Below are positions 37,282 to 45,533 of a DNA stretch of 64,000 bases, piece by piece. The translations under genes were made by a program, and so were the position numbers. The notes below the pieces were generated by a model. That model was not told the origin of the DNA and made no database searches. It saw only the letters and a list, made by a program, of their open reading frames with translations. The DNA comes from Polyangiaceae bacterium. Its GTDB lineage: Bacteria; Myxococcota_A; Polyangia; Polyangiales; Polyangiaceae. The stretch's first letter is position 1. Each line of letters opens with the position of its first letter. The DNA lies in assembly GCA_044376115.1 (NCBI GenBank), contig JBILLK010000017.1:96001-160000 (forward strand), given 5' to 3'.

Positions 37282-39015
37282 CTAGGTGAAAGGCCCACCG
37301 ACCGTATCCTCGACGGAGCCGCCTTTACCAACTGACGAAAGGAGATCCACTTCGCCTAGAAACGGAGGCCGAAACGCAGAGTATTGGTCGCGCAGCACCC
37401 GCTCGGGGATGGGGTCCTTCCGTACGCGGTTACGACGCTCGAGCTCGTTTTGGTCTACAGCGAAGACGACGGCCTCGGTTAGCGCGCCCCAGCGCTCCGC
37501 GAACGATAGTGGCAAGCGGCGCTCGCGCGGAGAGAGGCTCGTAGCATCCCAGACGACAGACCGTCCTTGGCGCAAGAGCTCTTCCAAGCGAATGAGCGCA
37601 ACTTGTAGCACCTCGGCGTTGGCGCTCTGGTCTTTGCGTGAGCCACGCTGCTCGCGCAGCGCATCGAGCGAGACCACCTCCGACTCTGGGAAGTTGTGGC
37701 GAGTTACCGTGCTCTTGCCGCTGCCAGCGGGGCCGACCATCAGCGTCAGCTGGCCCGGCGACTCTGCGCGCAACGTGAAGGTTGCTGCAACGGCTTGCTC
37801 CGCACTCCGCAGTTGACCTTCCACCCAGAGCATCCGAGCGGCTGCCCAGATCCGATAGGACAGCCTTTGAGGAAGCGCCCGCAGGGAAGGCGCTAGGTCG
37901 GCACGCAGCTCTTCGAGCGGATTGGTGTCCCAGAGTCCAGCGTCATTGGCAACTAGCCGGGACCACTCCACCTGCTCGAAAGCGGCGTCACTTGATTCGC
38001 ACAGCCTCGCAGAAGAGGAGGCGAGAGCGTGCAGTACAGGCAAGCTGACCGAAAGCGAGAGCTGGCGCAGACCGCGCGGACGCCGCTCATCTGGGAAGCT
38101 CCGATGCAGCAAGGGGTAGAGCGCCAACAGATCCGAGCTGCGTCTGGCCACGCTCGCTCCCACCGGCAGTAGCAGGCTTCGCGCGAATGTTCGGGAACAA
38201 GGCCATAGTAACGCGGCTAGAACGCCCTCGAGGCGCTCCTCTCCAATGCAGCCTTGTGCGTCCAACTCGGATTGCATTGCTTGCAACAGCGGCGCCGTTC
38301 GCAGCTCCGTCTCGACGATTGGAGCTGATGGGTCGATCGCTCGAAACAGTGCCTCGGCGCCCTCACTTCGACCGCTGCGAACACTCCAAAGAGCGGCACC
38401 ACGTCCCAACCGGTTCTCGACCACCGGCGCCAAGCGCCAATGTTCATGGGTCGTAACGTGGTTGGGACGAACCCACTTAGCGACCTTGTTGGCAAAGTCC
38501 GCGAACCGAAAGGCTCCGCTCGGACGTACGACGTACCCCTCACTGATAGAGGTCAGTGGCGAGAGCTTTCGCAACAACTTTTCATCGTAGATACCGCGAT
38601 AGAGCAGCCGTGGAGTAGGAGCCCCAATCGATTTGCCGAAGGCGACAGTGGAGTCCCAATCGAGGCAAAAGTCGTTGTGCCATACGGAGAACAGATAGAA
38701 CCAGCTCTCCAATTGGTCGTACGCAAGCGAATGGCGCGCAAAGACGTTCTCTCCGCAAACTCGGAACTCCTCCGGGATGCGAAGCCGAATGCGGTCGTGG
38801 AAAGCCTTCAGCCACGTCCTCGAAGGGTGGTGGGCTGAGTCCGGTGAGCGCGCATGCAGCCGGTCGCGATAGAGCGTTGTGTTCTCCCCATCGAGCTTCT
38901 CCGTGACCACGACCTCCATGGCTTGAAGCCCGCGCGCCGCGTCCCAGCGGATATCGTCGGCGCTGACCCCGGGCGACCAAGGCAGATGGGGAGTTCGGGG
39001 GTAGCGCGTCACCAT
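37282..39015 (-). CDS. ATP-dependent RNA ligase fused to P-loop polynucleotide kinase (AAA_33)
   Basis: Ligase: YPRTPHLPWSPG, motif I EKLDGEN, GEN, FYLF, EGYVVR, AKWVR. Kinase: GPAGSGKST, SLDALR, VWDAT, RRNRVR. Confidence 0.9.
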   Translation of the reverse strand: MVTRYPRTPHLPWSPGVSADDIRWDAARGLQAMEVVVTEKLDGENTTLYRDRLHARSPDSAHHPSRTWLKAFHDRIRLRIPEEFRVCGENVFARHSLAYDQLESWFYLFSVWHNDFCLDWDSTVAFGKSIGAPTPRLLYRGIYDEKLLRKLSPLTSISEGYVVRPSGAFRFADFANKVAKWVRPNHVTTHEHWRLAPVVENRLGRGAALWSVRSGRSEGAEALFRAIDPSAPIVETELRTAPLLQAMQSELDAQGCIGEERLEGVLAALLWPCSRTFARSLLLPVGASVARRSSDLLALYPLLHRSFPDERRPRGLRQLSLSVSLPVLHALASSSARLCESSDAAFEQVEWSRLVANDAGLWDTNPLEELRADLAPSLRALPQRLSYRIWAAARMLWVEGQLRSAEQAVAATFTLRAESPGQLTLMVGPAGSGKSTVTRHNFPESEVVSLDALREQRGSRKDQSANAEVLQVALIRLEELLRQGRSVVWDATSLSPRERRLPLSFAERWGALTEAVVFAVDQNELERRNRVRKDPIPERVLRDQYSAFRPPFLGEVDLLSSVGKGGSVEDTVGGPFT

Positions 39016-39109
39016 AACAGCGCGACCAACGTCCCAGCCTCGAGCAACCTGACGAGCTACAACGCAAAGGGCATCCGCCAGGCAACACTGGTAGGCTCGA
39101 GGCGCTGGA

Positions 39110-40456
39110 ATGGCGAACCTATTGCAACCCTTGCGCGTTGTCGGACGCTATTCGATCTACCAACCGTTTGCTTCTGGCGGAATGGCTACGGTCCACCTCG
39201 CCCATATGGCTGGCTCCGCTGGCTTCTCTCGGGTCGTGGCCGTCAAACGTATGAAGCAAGAGTTCGTTCACGACTCTTCCTTCGCCACGATGTTTCAGGA
39301 CGAAGCAACGCTGGCTGCACGCGTTCTCCACCCCAATGTCGTAGCGACACTCGATGTCGTGCGGGACCAAGGGGAGCTGATGATCGTGATGGAGTACGTC
39401 CGAGGCATCGCGCTTCGGCAGCTCATGGAAGGCGCCTTCAATGGCGCTTATCGCATCCCAGTCGACATCGCGCTGACCATCATCGGTGGCGTGCTCGAGG
39501 GTCTACATGCGGCGCATACGGTGCGCGGAGACGATGGCAAGTTGCTCGGGCTCGTTCACCGTGACATCTCCCCGCCCAACATCCTCGTCGGACGTGACGG
39601 TGTGCCAAAGATCGTAGACTTTGGTATCGCCAAGGCCTTCAGCAAGCTGCACGTAACCGCCACTCATGAAGTTCGCGGCAAGCTCTCCTATCTGCCCCCT
39701 GAGCGGATACTCCAGCGGCCGTCGGATCATCGGGTCGACATCTTTGCTTGCGGCGTCGTGCTCTGGGAAATGCTCGCAGGCCGAAAACGCTATGTGGGAG
39801 CCAACGTCGGAGAGGTGGTCAACGCCATCTTGACCACCGACCCGCCGCTCTTGCACAGCTTGCGACCGGATGTTTCGAGCGAGCTTGACCGAGTGCTCCT
39901 GCGCGCGACAGCGCGCGAGCCCGAGGCTCGCTATGGCACCGCCGAGGCCATGTTGGCCGACCTCGAGCGAGTTGGTAGCTTTGCCAGCAAGCGCGCGCTG
40001 GCGCTTTGGCTCAGCGACGTTGCGGCGACGGTGCTCGGCGAGCATGAGGATCTCACGCGTAAGATCCGCGCCCAACACCGCGAGGTCGAGGAAGAGTCAG
40101 GCGCTCCGCTCGGATTTGAGCCGACGTTCGTCGAGCCGTTGCCTACAGAAGAGACGCGCACCTTGGTGCTCAAAGAGATGCCGCTGCGAAATGAGCCAGA
40201 GGTCGAGCCCGCGACGCTGGCCTTTCAATCACCACTCGCACGCTTTCCAGGGCCCGTTTCGGAGGACGAGATCGCGACCCGCACCCTAAAAAGGCAAACC
40301 GCCGCTGAGTCGTCACCAGTGGTGCGCAGCGGCCCCGTTGAGGCAACCATCCGTGCAGCGGGTGCCAAGCCTTACTGGGGCCTGCTGTTGGTTGGCTTGC
40401 TTGCGATCATCCTTGCGTTGGTAACCGCGCTTATTCTTCGCGCAGTTTCCGGCTGA
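39110..40456 (+). CDS. Ser/Thr protein kinase with C-terminal membrane anchor
   Basis: ASGGMATV, VAVKR, HRDISPPN, DFGIAK, YLPPE, terminal TM helix. Confidence 0.93.
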   Translation: MANLLQPLRVVGRYSIYQPFASGGMATVHLAHMAGSAGFSRVVAVKRMKQEFVHDSSFATMFQDEATLAARVLHPNVVATLDVVRDQGELMIVMEYVRGIALRQLMEGAFNGAYRIPVDIALTIIGGVLEGLHAAHTVRGDDGKLLGLVHRDISPPNILVGRDGVPKIVDFGIAKAFSKLHVTATHEVRGKLSYLPPERILQRPSDHRVDIFACGVVLWEMLAGRKRYVGANVGEVVNAILTTDPPLLHSLRPDVSSELDRVLLRATAREPEARYGTAEAMLADLERVGSFASKRALALWLSDVAATVLGEHEDLTRKIRAQHREVEEESGAPLGFEPTFVEPLPTEETRTLVLKEMPLRNEPEVEPATLAFQSPLARFPGPVSEDEIATRTLKRQTAAESSPVVRSGPVEATIRAAGAKPYWGLLLVGLLAIILALVTALILRAVSG

Positions 40457-40521
40457 AGGTTGCGAAAGCCCAGCGCTCCCCGCTACCCTCGAAACAAGCA
40501 CCGACGTGCAATAGGAGAGGC

Positions 40522-41457
40522 GTGTTTCGTTCCGTTTGGCCGTGGTTGGTGATTACGCTCTTCGCGGCGTTTGGCACCGCACATCCGGTGTTGGCGGCGG
40601 ACACGTCGCCAACCCACGCGCCAACCGCGCTCGAGAAGCTGGCCGCAGCCAAGAAATTTCGTTCAGCAGAAAGCGCCTACGCGAAGAAAGACTTCGCGCG
40701 CGCCGCGCTCGAGTTCGAAGAGTCGTACGCAATCGTCCCGCACCCCGACGCCCTGCTCAACGCGATCGTCGCTTGGGAGAGCGCTGGTAACGCGCTGGCT
40801 GCGGCCAAGGCTTGTCAGCGGCTCAAGCGCGATTCACCCATGACGGCCAACGCGCAAACAGCCGAGGAAAAGCTGAAGGGGCTGCTCACCCGGCTCGCGC
40901 AGATAAACATTTCGGTCGTTGGCGAGGCCTCCCAACTTCAGATCGATGCCATTGCAGTGGAGACGGGTGTCAGCATCGTCGAGCCCGGGGAGCATTTGAT
41001 CACGGCAGGCCTCGCTGGTCAGCCATTTGAGAAGCGGGTCAACGTTGGTCCGGGTGGCACGCTGGACGTGGTCGTCCAACCTGATCCAGTTCAACCTGGA
41101 GGACAGTTACCCAAGGCACCTGGCGGGCCGACGTCGCAATGGGAGCCACCTCTGCACACTGCTTTTTTCACCAGTGCGGCCACCCTCACAGTTGCCTCTG
41201 GAGCTCTCTTGATTTGGAGCGGCATTGATACCCTGCAGACCAAGAGCGTCTTCGACCAGGCTCCATCTCAAGGCCTCTACGATGAGGGTCGAGCCAAAGA
41301 AGTCCGTACGAACGTGCTGATTGGGACGACCTCGGTGCTCGCCGCACTGACGATTGTTTCTGGAGTGTTCACCGATTGGGATGGCAAGCCGGCGGTGGTT
41401 ACGGCCGTGGTTGCGCCCGGAATGCTCACAGCTCAACTGCACTTCGTCACGCCATGA
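40522..41457 (+). CDS. Secreted TPR + PEGA-like protein
   Basis: RBS AGGAGAGG, signal peptide, TPR helices (AALEFEESY..VPHPDALLN), VEPGEHLI beta module, C-terminal hydrophobic segments typical of myxobacterial PEGA proteins. Confidence 0.75.
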   Translation: MFRSVWPWLVITLFAAFGTAHPVLAADTSPTHAPTALEKLAAAKKFRSAESAYAKKDFARAALEFEESYAIVPHPDALLNAIVAWESAGNALAAAKACQRLKRDSPMTANAQTAEEKLKGLLTRLAQINISVVGEASQLQIDAIAVETGVSIVEPGEHLITAGLAGQPFEKRVNVGPGGTLDVVVQPDPVQPGGQLPKAPGGPTSQWEPPLHTAFFTSAATLTVASGALLIWSGIDTLQTKSVFDQAPSQGLYDEGRAKEVRTNVLIGTTSVLAALTIVSGVFTDWDGKPAVVTAVVAPGMLTAQLHFVTP

Positions 41458-43115
41458 TCCCGGCGGCGCGACCCTCCTCTTCGGCTTCAGCTACTGGCCC
41501 GACGGGTCCCCCTTGGGGCCCGCCGACACCAACCGGTAGTCGGTTGGATGCAGCAAGCAGTGGAGAGGTCGTTGGCCGCTATGAGCTGCTACTGGAACTC
41601 GCCTCAGGGGGAATGGGTTCGGTTTACCTCGGTCGGCAGCGCGGAGCTGCGGGCTTCGAACGGCTCGTAGCGATCAAGCGAATGCACAGGCACTTGGTGC
41701 AGGATCCCGAGCTAACCGCCGCTTTCCATGAAGAAGCGCGCATCGCTTCGCTGATTCGCCATCCCAACGTGGTGACCGTGGTGGACGTTTACGAGCAGAG
41801 CGGTGAACACCTGCTGGTGATGGACTACGTGGATGGAGTCTCGATCGCGAGTCTGCACCAAACCGCGCGTCGGCTCGGACTCAAGCTGCCTCGGCCGGCG
41901 GCCCTGCGAATTGCGGTGGAAGCGCTACGCGGCTTGCACGCAGCACACGCACTGACGGGGCTCGATGGGCGGCCGATGATGGTTGTGCATCGGGATGTCA
42001 GCCCGCAAAACATCCTCGTCGGCGTCGATGGCTCGGTCAAGCTGACGGACTTCGGCATTGCGCGCGCCCTCGAGCGCAACGTACGCACTGGCACCGGCGA
42101 GATCAAAGGCAAGTTGCGCTACATGTCGCCGGAGCAGGCGATGGGCAAACCGATCGATGGTCGCAGCGATATCTTCTCGCTTGGGATCGTACTGTGGGAG
42201 ATGTTGGTCGGCGAGAAGCTATACGAAGCGCCATCCGACCTCGAGATGTTGAGGCTCGCAGCCGATGCACAGATTGCAGCTCCAAGTCAGAGAGACCCAA
42301 GCATACCTCGTGAACTCGATCAGCTCGTGATGCGAGCGCTGCAAGCGAACCCACAAGCGCGTCCTAGTTCCGCTGGCGAGTATGCAGACTGGATTGAACG
42401 CTGGCTTTGGACCAGCGGGACGACGTGCAGCGCGGCTGACGTCGCTGGAGTGGTTCAGCATCTGCTCGGTGATCGCGTGGCGAGCCGAAGAGCCGTTGCG
42501 CTCGAGATCGTGCAAGGTAAACGCGCACCCGAGATCCGTGGCGTCGTACCTGGGCATGGGGTCACACCAGCCACTTCGTCGCTTGGAGCGCAATCAGCAC
42601 CTGCGCGACGCGGAACGTCGAAGCTCATCGTTGGCGCGATGGGCGCGCTGGTGCTCGGGGTAGGTGGCGGCGTGGCGATCTTCCTGCAGACCGCGCCGTC
42701 CCCTAGCCGTGTTGGAGAGCCATCGGCGCTGGTGCTGCCGGAGCAACCCTCAGCGCGCCCCGACGCCACGTCGCTGGTCCAGGTCCAGGTCGCGACGACG
42801 TTGGCGTTGCTCGAGATCCGGGGCGATGGCGTTTCGGACGTCAAGTTCACTGGGGAAGGAGCGTCGTTTTCGCTGCCGAAGGGTTCCCAGCCGATCCGTG
42901 TGCAGTTCGAGTTTACGGGTGGTCTGGTGGTCGAGAAGACCGTCACACCGCTGGCCAACATGGCGTTGCGCCTAGCGACCGATGCAGCTCCAAGCGCCAC
43001 TGCATCCAGCTCCCCATCGAGCGCTCCGTCCGCCAAACGGCCCCCGCCGAAAGGGGGCCCTCCGGCTGGAGGGTTGCGGCCACTGCCAAGCGCTTTGCGG
43101 CCTGAGCCACCCTAG
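41454..43115 (+). CDS. Membrane Ser/Thr protein kinase
   Basis: ATGA-coupled start, ASGGMGSV, VAIKR, HRDVSPQN, DFGIAR, YMSPE, TM, Pro-rich tail. Confidence 0.92.
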   Translation: MIPAARPSSSASATGPTGPPWGPPTPTGSRLDAASSGEVVGRYELLLELASGGMGSVYLGRQRGAAGFERLVAIKRMHRHLVQDPELTAAFHEEARIASLIRHPNVVTVVDVYEQSGEHLLVMDYVDGVSIASLHQTARRLGLKLPRPAALRIAVEALRGLHAAHALTGLDGRPMMVVHRDVSPQNILVGVDGSVKLTDFGIARALERNVRTGTGEIKGKLRYMSPEQAMGKPIDGRSDIFSLGIVLWEMLVGEKLYEAPSDLEMLRLAADAQIAAPSQRDPSIPRELDQLVMRALQANPQARPSSAGEYADWIERWLWTSGTTCSAADVAGVVQHLLGDRVASRRAVALEIVQGKRAPEIRGVVPGHGVTPATSSLGAQSAPARRGTSKLIVGAMGALVLGVGGGVAIFLQTAPSPSRVGEPSALVLPEQPSARPDATSLVQVQVATTLALLEIRGDGVSDVKFTGEGASFSLPKGSQPIRVQFEFTGGLVVEKTVTPLANMALRLATDAAPSATASSSPSSAPSAKRPPPKGGPPAGGLRPLPSALRPEPP

Positions 43116-43153
43116 TTCCCAACGCCAGCCTACGAGCTTATGATCCGCCTGCG

Positions 43154-44497
43154 ATGATGTTGTCCGTTCTCCAGGAGGTAACCGAGAAGCTGCTCGACGA
43201 GGTTGGCGGGCCATCGTTGGTTGCCATGTGGGACGGTGGGAACATCGTGCGCAATTTGCCGCCCGAAGGAGCGTTCACGATCGGACGAGCACCGGATTGC
43301 GACATCGTCATCGATCACAAGTCGATCTCGCGAAAGCATGCGGTTCTCTTTCTCGGTCGCTCACTCGAGGTGGAAGACCAGGGGAGTTCCAACAAGACCA
43401 AGATTGGCGGTGTCGCCATCGCGCCAGGTAAGCGCATCCAAGTACCTTGGCGGGAACCGATCGAGGTTGGAGGGGCCATCGTTGTCGTGCGACCTCCCAA
43501 AGGCCTCGACGAAGGGACCAATGCAAACGTTGGTGTGAGCATGAAGCTCGACGCCGACCGGCTCGTTGAATTGGTGGCCAAAACAGAGATGTCGGTCTTG
43601 TTGCTCGGCGAGACAGGCTCCGGAAAGGGGTATGCCGCCGAGCAAATTCATCGCAAGTCGAAGCGGGCGGCGGGACCGTGGTTGCACCTCAATTGCGCTG
43701 CGCTGCCTGCTCACCTTTTGGAGGCGGAGCTATTTGGTTATGAGCGCGGCGCCTTCACAGGTGCGAATCAGGCCAAGGAAGGGCTCCTTGAGGCTGCGGC
43801 CGGAGGCACTGTCTTCCTCGATGAGGTTGGCGAGCTTCCCCTCCCTGTCCAAGCCAAGTTGCTCATCGCGCTCGAGCACCGCGCAGTGATGCGACTGGGC
43901 GCGCTCAAGGCGCGGCCGATCGATGTTCGCTTTATCGCTGCAACCAATGCCGCCATTGATGAGGCGCGTGGGAGTGAGACCTTTCGACGAGACCTCTACT
44001 ATCGGCTCGCCGGTATGCCGATCACGGTGCCGCCGCTTCGAGCGCGCAAGGCAGAGATCCCGGCGCTGGTCGCAAAGTTTCTGTCGGAGGGCAGCCAGCG
44101 CCTCAATCGCGCTGAACCCGTCCTAACAAAGGACGCGCTGGCTCGACTCACCAACTACGCTTGGCCTGGGAACATTCGCGAGTTGGGGATGGTGATCGAG
44201 CGGGCCTTACTTTGGGCCGGAGACACGCTGGAAGCGCATCATCTCAATATTGGTCTCGGCTCGGAGCCAACACCAGAGCCCCCGGCCCCCAGGGCCGACG
44301 CGCCGACAACCTCACCGTCTGCTCTTGAGCGCCCGCTGCAAGACGACCTTCGAGAGGTAGAGAAAAAGCGCATCCTGGCTGCGCTCGATCAGTGTTCGGG
44401 GAACCAATCGAGGGCCGCCAGTATGCTGGGAATTGCGCGCGGGACCTTGATCAGCCGCATGAACGAGTTCGGCCTACCGCGACCACGCAAAGGTTGA
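43154..44497 (+). CDS. FHA-domain sigma54-dependent enhancer-binding protein
   Basis: FHA: IGR...SISRKHA...SSN. AAA: GETGSGKG, GAFTGA, FLDEVGE, WPGNIREL. Fis-type HTH GNQSRAA. Confidence 0.93.
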   Translation: MMLSVLQEVTEKLLDEVGGPSLVAMWDGGNIVRNLPPEGAFTIGRAPDCDIVIDHKSISRKHAVLFLGRSLEVEDQGSSNKTKIGGVAIAPGKRIQVPWREPIEVGGAIVVVRPPKGLDEGTNANVGVSMKLDADRLVELVAKTEMSVLLLGETGSGKGYAAEQIHRKSKRAAGPWLHLNCAALPAHLLEAELFGYERGAFTGANQAKEGLLEAAAGGTVFLDEVGELPLPVQAKLLIALEHRAVMRLGALKARPIDVRFIAATNAAIDEARGSETFRRDLYYRLAGMPITVPPLRARKAEIPALVAKFLSEGSQRLNRAEPVLTKDALARLTNYAWPGNIRELGMVIERALLWAGDTLEAHHLNIGLGSEPTPEPPAPRADAPTTSPSALERPLQDDLREVEKKRILAALDQCSGNQSRAASMLGIARGTLISRMNEFGLPRPRKG

Positions 44498-44507
44498 ACG
44501 CGCCGCG

Positions 44508-45533
44508 CTACTCGAGCAGAACGGCACCGAGGAAGGTGGCAATGCCGAGAGCGGAAACGGCTCGACGGAACTTCTTGGTGTCGGAGCGTCGGCTCACCGC
44601 CGACATGACGAAGCCGTCTACCGAATCGGAGATCAGATTGACGTCAGCGCTCTCGAGCACGGGCGAGGTATCCACGACGATGTAGTCGTAGCCAGCGTAG
44701 CGCAGCCGATCGATCGCGATCGAGAAAGCGATCGGGTCGAGCAGAGGCACCTGCTTATTGACGGGGTTGATCGCCATCGCGTGAAGGGAGGGCATCACCT
44801 CGGCGGCGGTCCACGGCTCGAGCGGCTCGCGACGGTGAATGCGGAGTTGCTCCAAGAAGCAAACCGGCGGCATGAAGCCTAGCGTCGCAGCCACCGCAGG
44901 AGCGCGCGGGTTGGCCTCGATCAAGAGCACCCGACCGCGAGCACCTTCACGCAACGAAGCCGCAAGATTGATGGCGAGCGTCGTCTTGCCCTCACGACGC
45001 CCGGGGCTGGTAACCCCAATCACCTTGGGGTCGCCACGCTTCGAGATTTGATGGCGCAAAGCCCGATACGCGTCAGCACGACGCGAATACGGGTCCTTGA
45101 ACATCGCCAAGTGCGGGCTCAAATCCTCGCTGACCTGAACGGGAATGACGTCGAGCGGGGTCTGCGGCAGCGCCTCATTCCCGTGCGTGATCAACGTCTC
45201 CTCGGGGTGGGCGTTGGCCAACCCCGCTGGCAACTTGATACCCGTTGAGTAGTTGACCGCCGCCATCACCCCAGAAGGACGAGGCGTCATGCCCATCGAC
45301 GGTGGGGGCAGCATGTCGTTGACTGCCGCGGCGAGCTGAAGAATGCGACCTGACATTTCTTCACGCACGTGGTGAGGCGGGGGCACGCTGCGCCAGTTCT
45401 CAATCATGCTGCGCAGGCGCCTAGCCTCAATCAACAGCGACCGTGCAGCAGGGTTGTCTGCTTGTGGGGACAGCCGATCGATCAGGGCATCGAGTTGTCG
45501 GTCCGGAAAACCGACGTCGAAAGACATGCTCAT
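44508..45533 (-). CDS. CpsD/CapB-family BY-kinase-like protein (Wze-like), no Tyr tail
   Basis: DAYRALR, Walker A TSPGRREGKTT, LLIEAN (A' variant), IVVDTSP, VDG, ends FLGAVLLE. Confidence 0.85.
   Translation of the reverse strand: MSMSFDVGFPDRQLDALIDRLSPQADNPAARSLLIEARRLRSMIENWRSVPPPHHVREEMSGRILQLAAAVNDMLPPPSMGMTPRPSGVMAAVNYSTGIKLPAGLANAHPEETLITHGNEALPQTPLDVIPVQVSEDLSPHLAMFKDPYSRRADAYRALRHQISKRGDPKVIGVTSPGRREGKTTLAINLAASLREGARGRVLLIEANPRAPAVAATLGFMPPVCFLEQLRIHRREPLEPWTAAEVMPSLHAMAINPVNKQVPLLDPIAFSIAIDRLRYAGYDYIVVDTSPVLESADVNLISDSVDGFVMSAVSRRSDTKKFRRAVSALGIATFLGAVLLE

Noticed and set aside
39037..39103. 9-bp inverted repeat GCCTCGAGC/GCTCGAGGC flanking the divergent promoter region
   Set aside because: It is built on CTCGAG, a palindrome that is very frequent throughout this window, so it is likely chance.
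39016..39109. sigma54 promoter for the RNA repair operon
   Set aside because: The nearest candidates give GG-N9-GC or GG-N12-GC, not the required GG-N10-GC.
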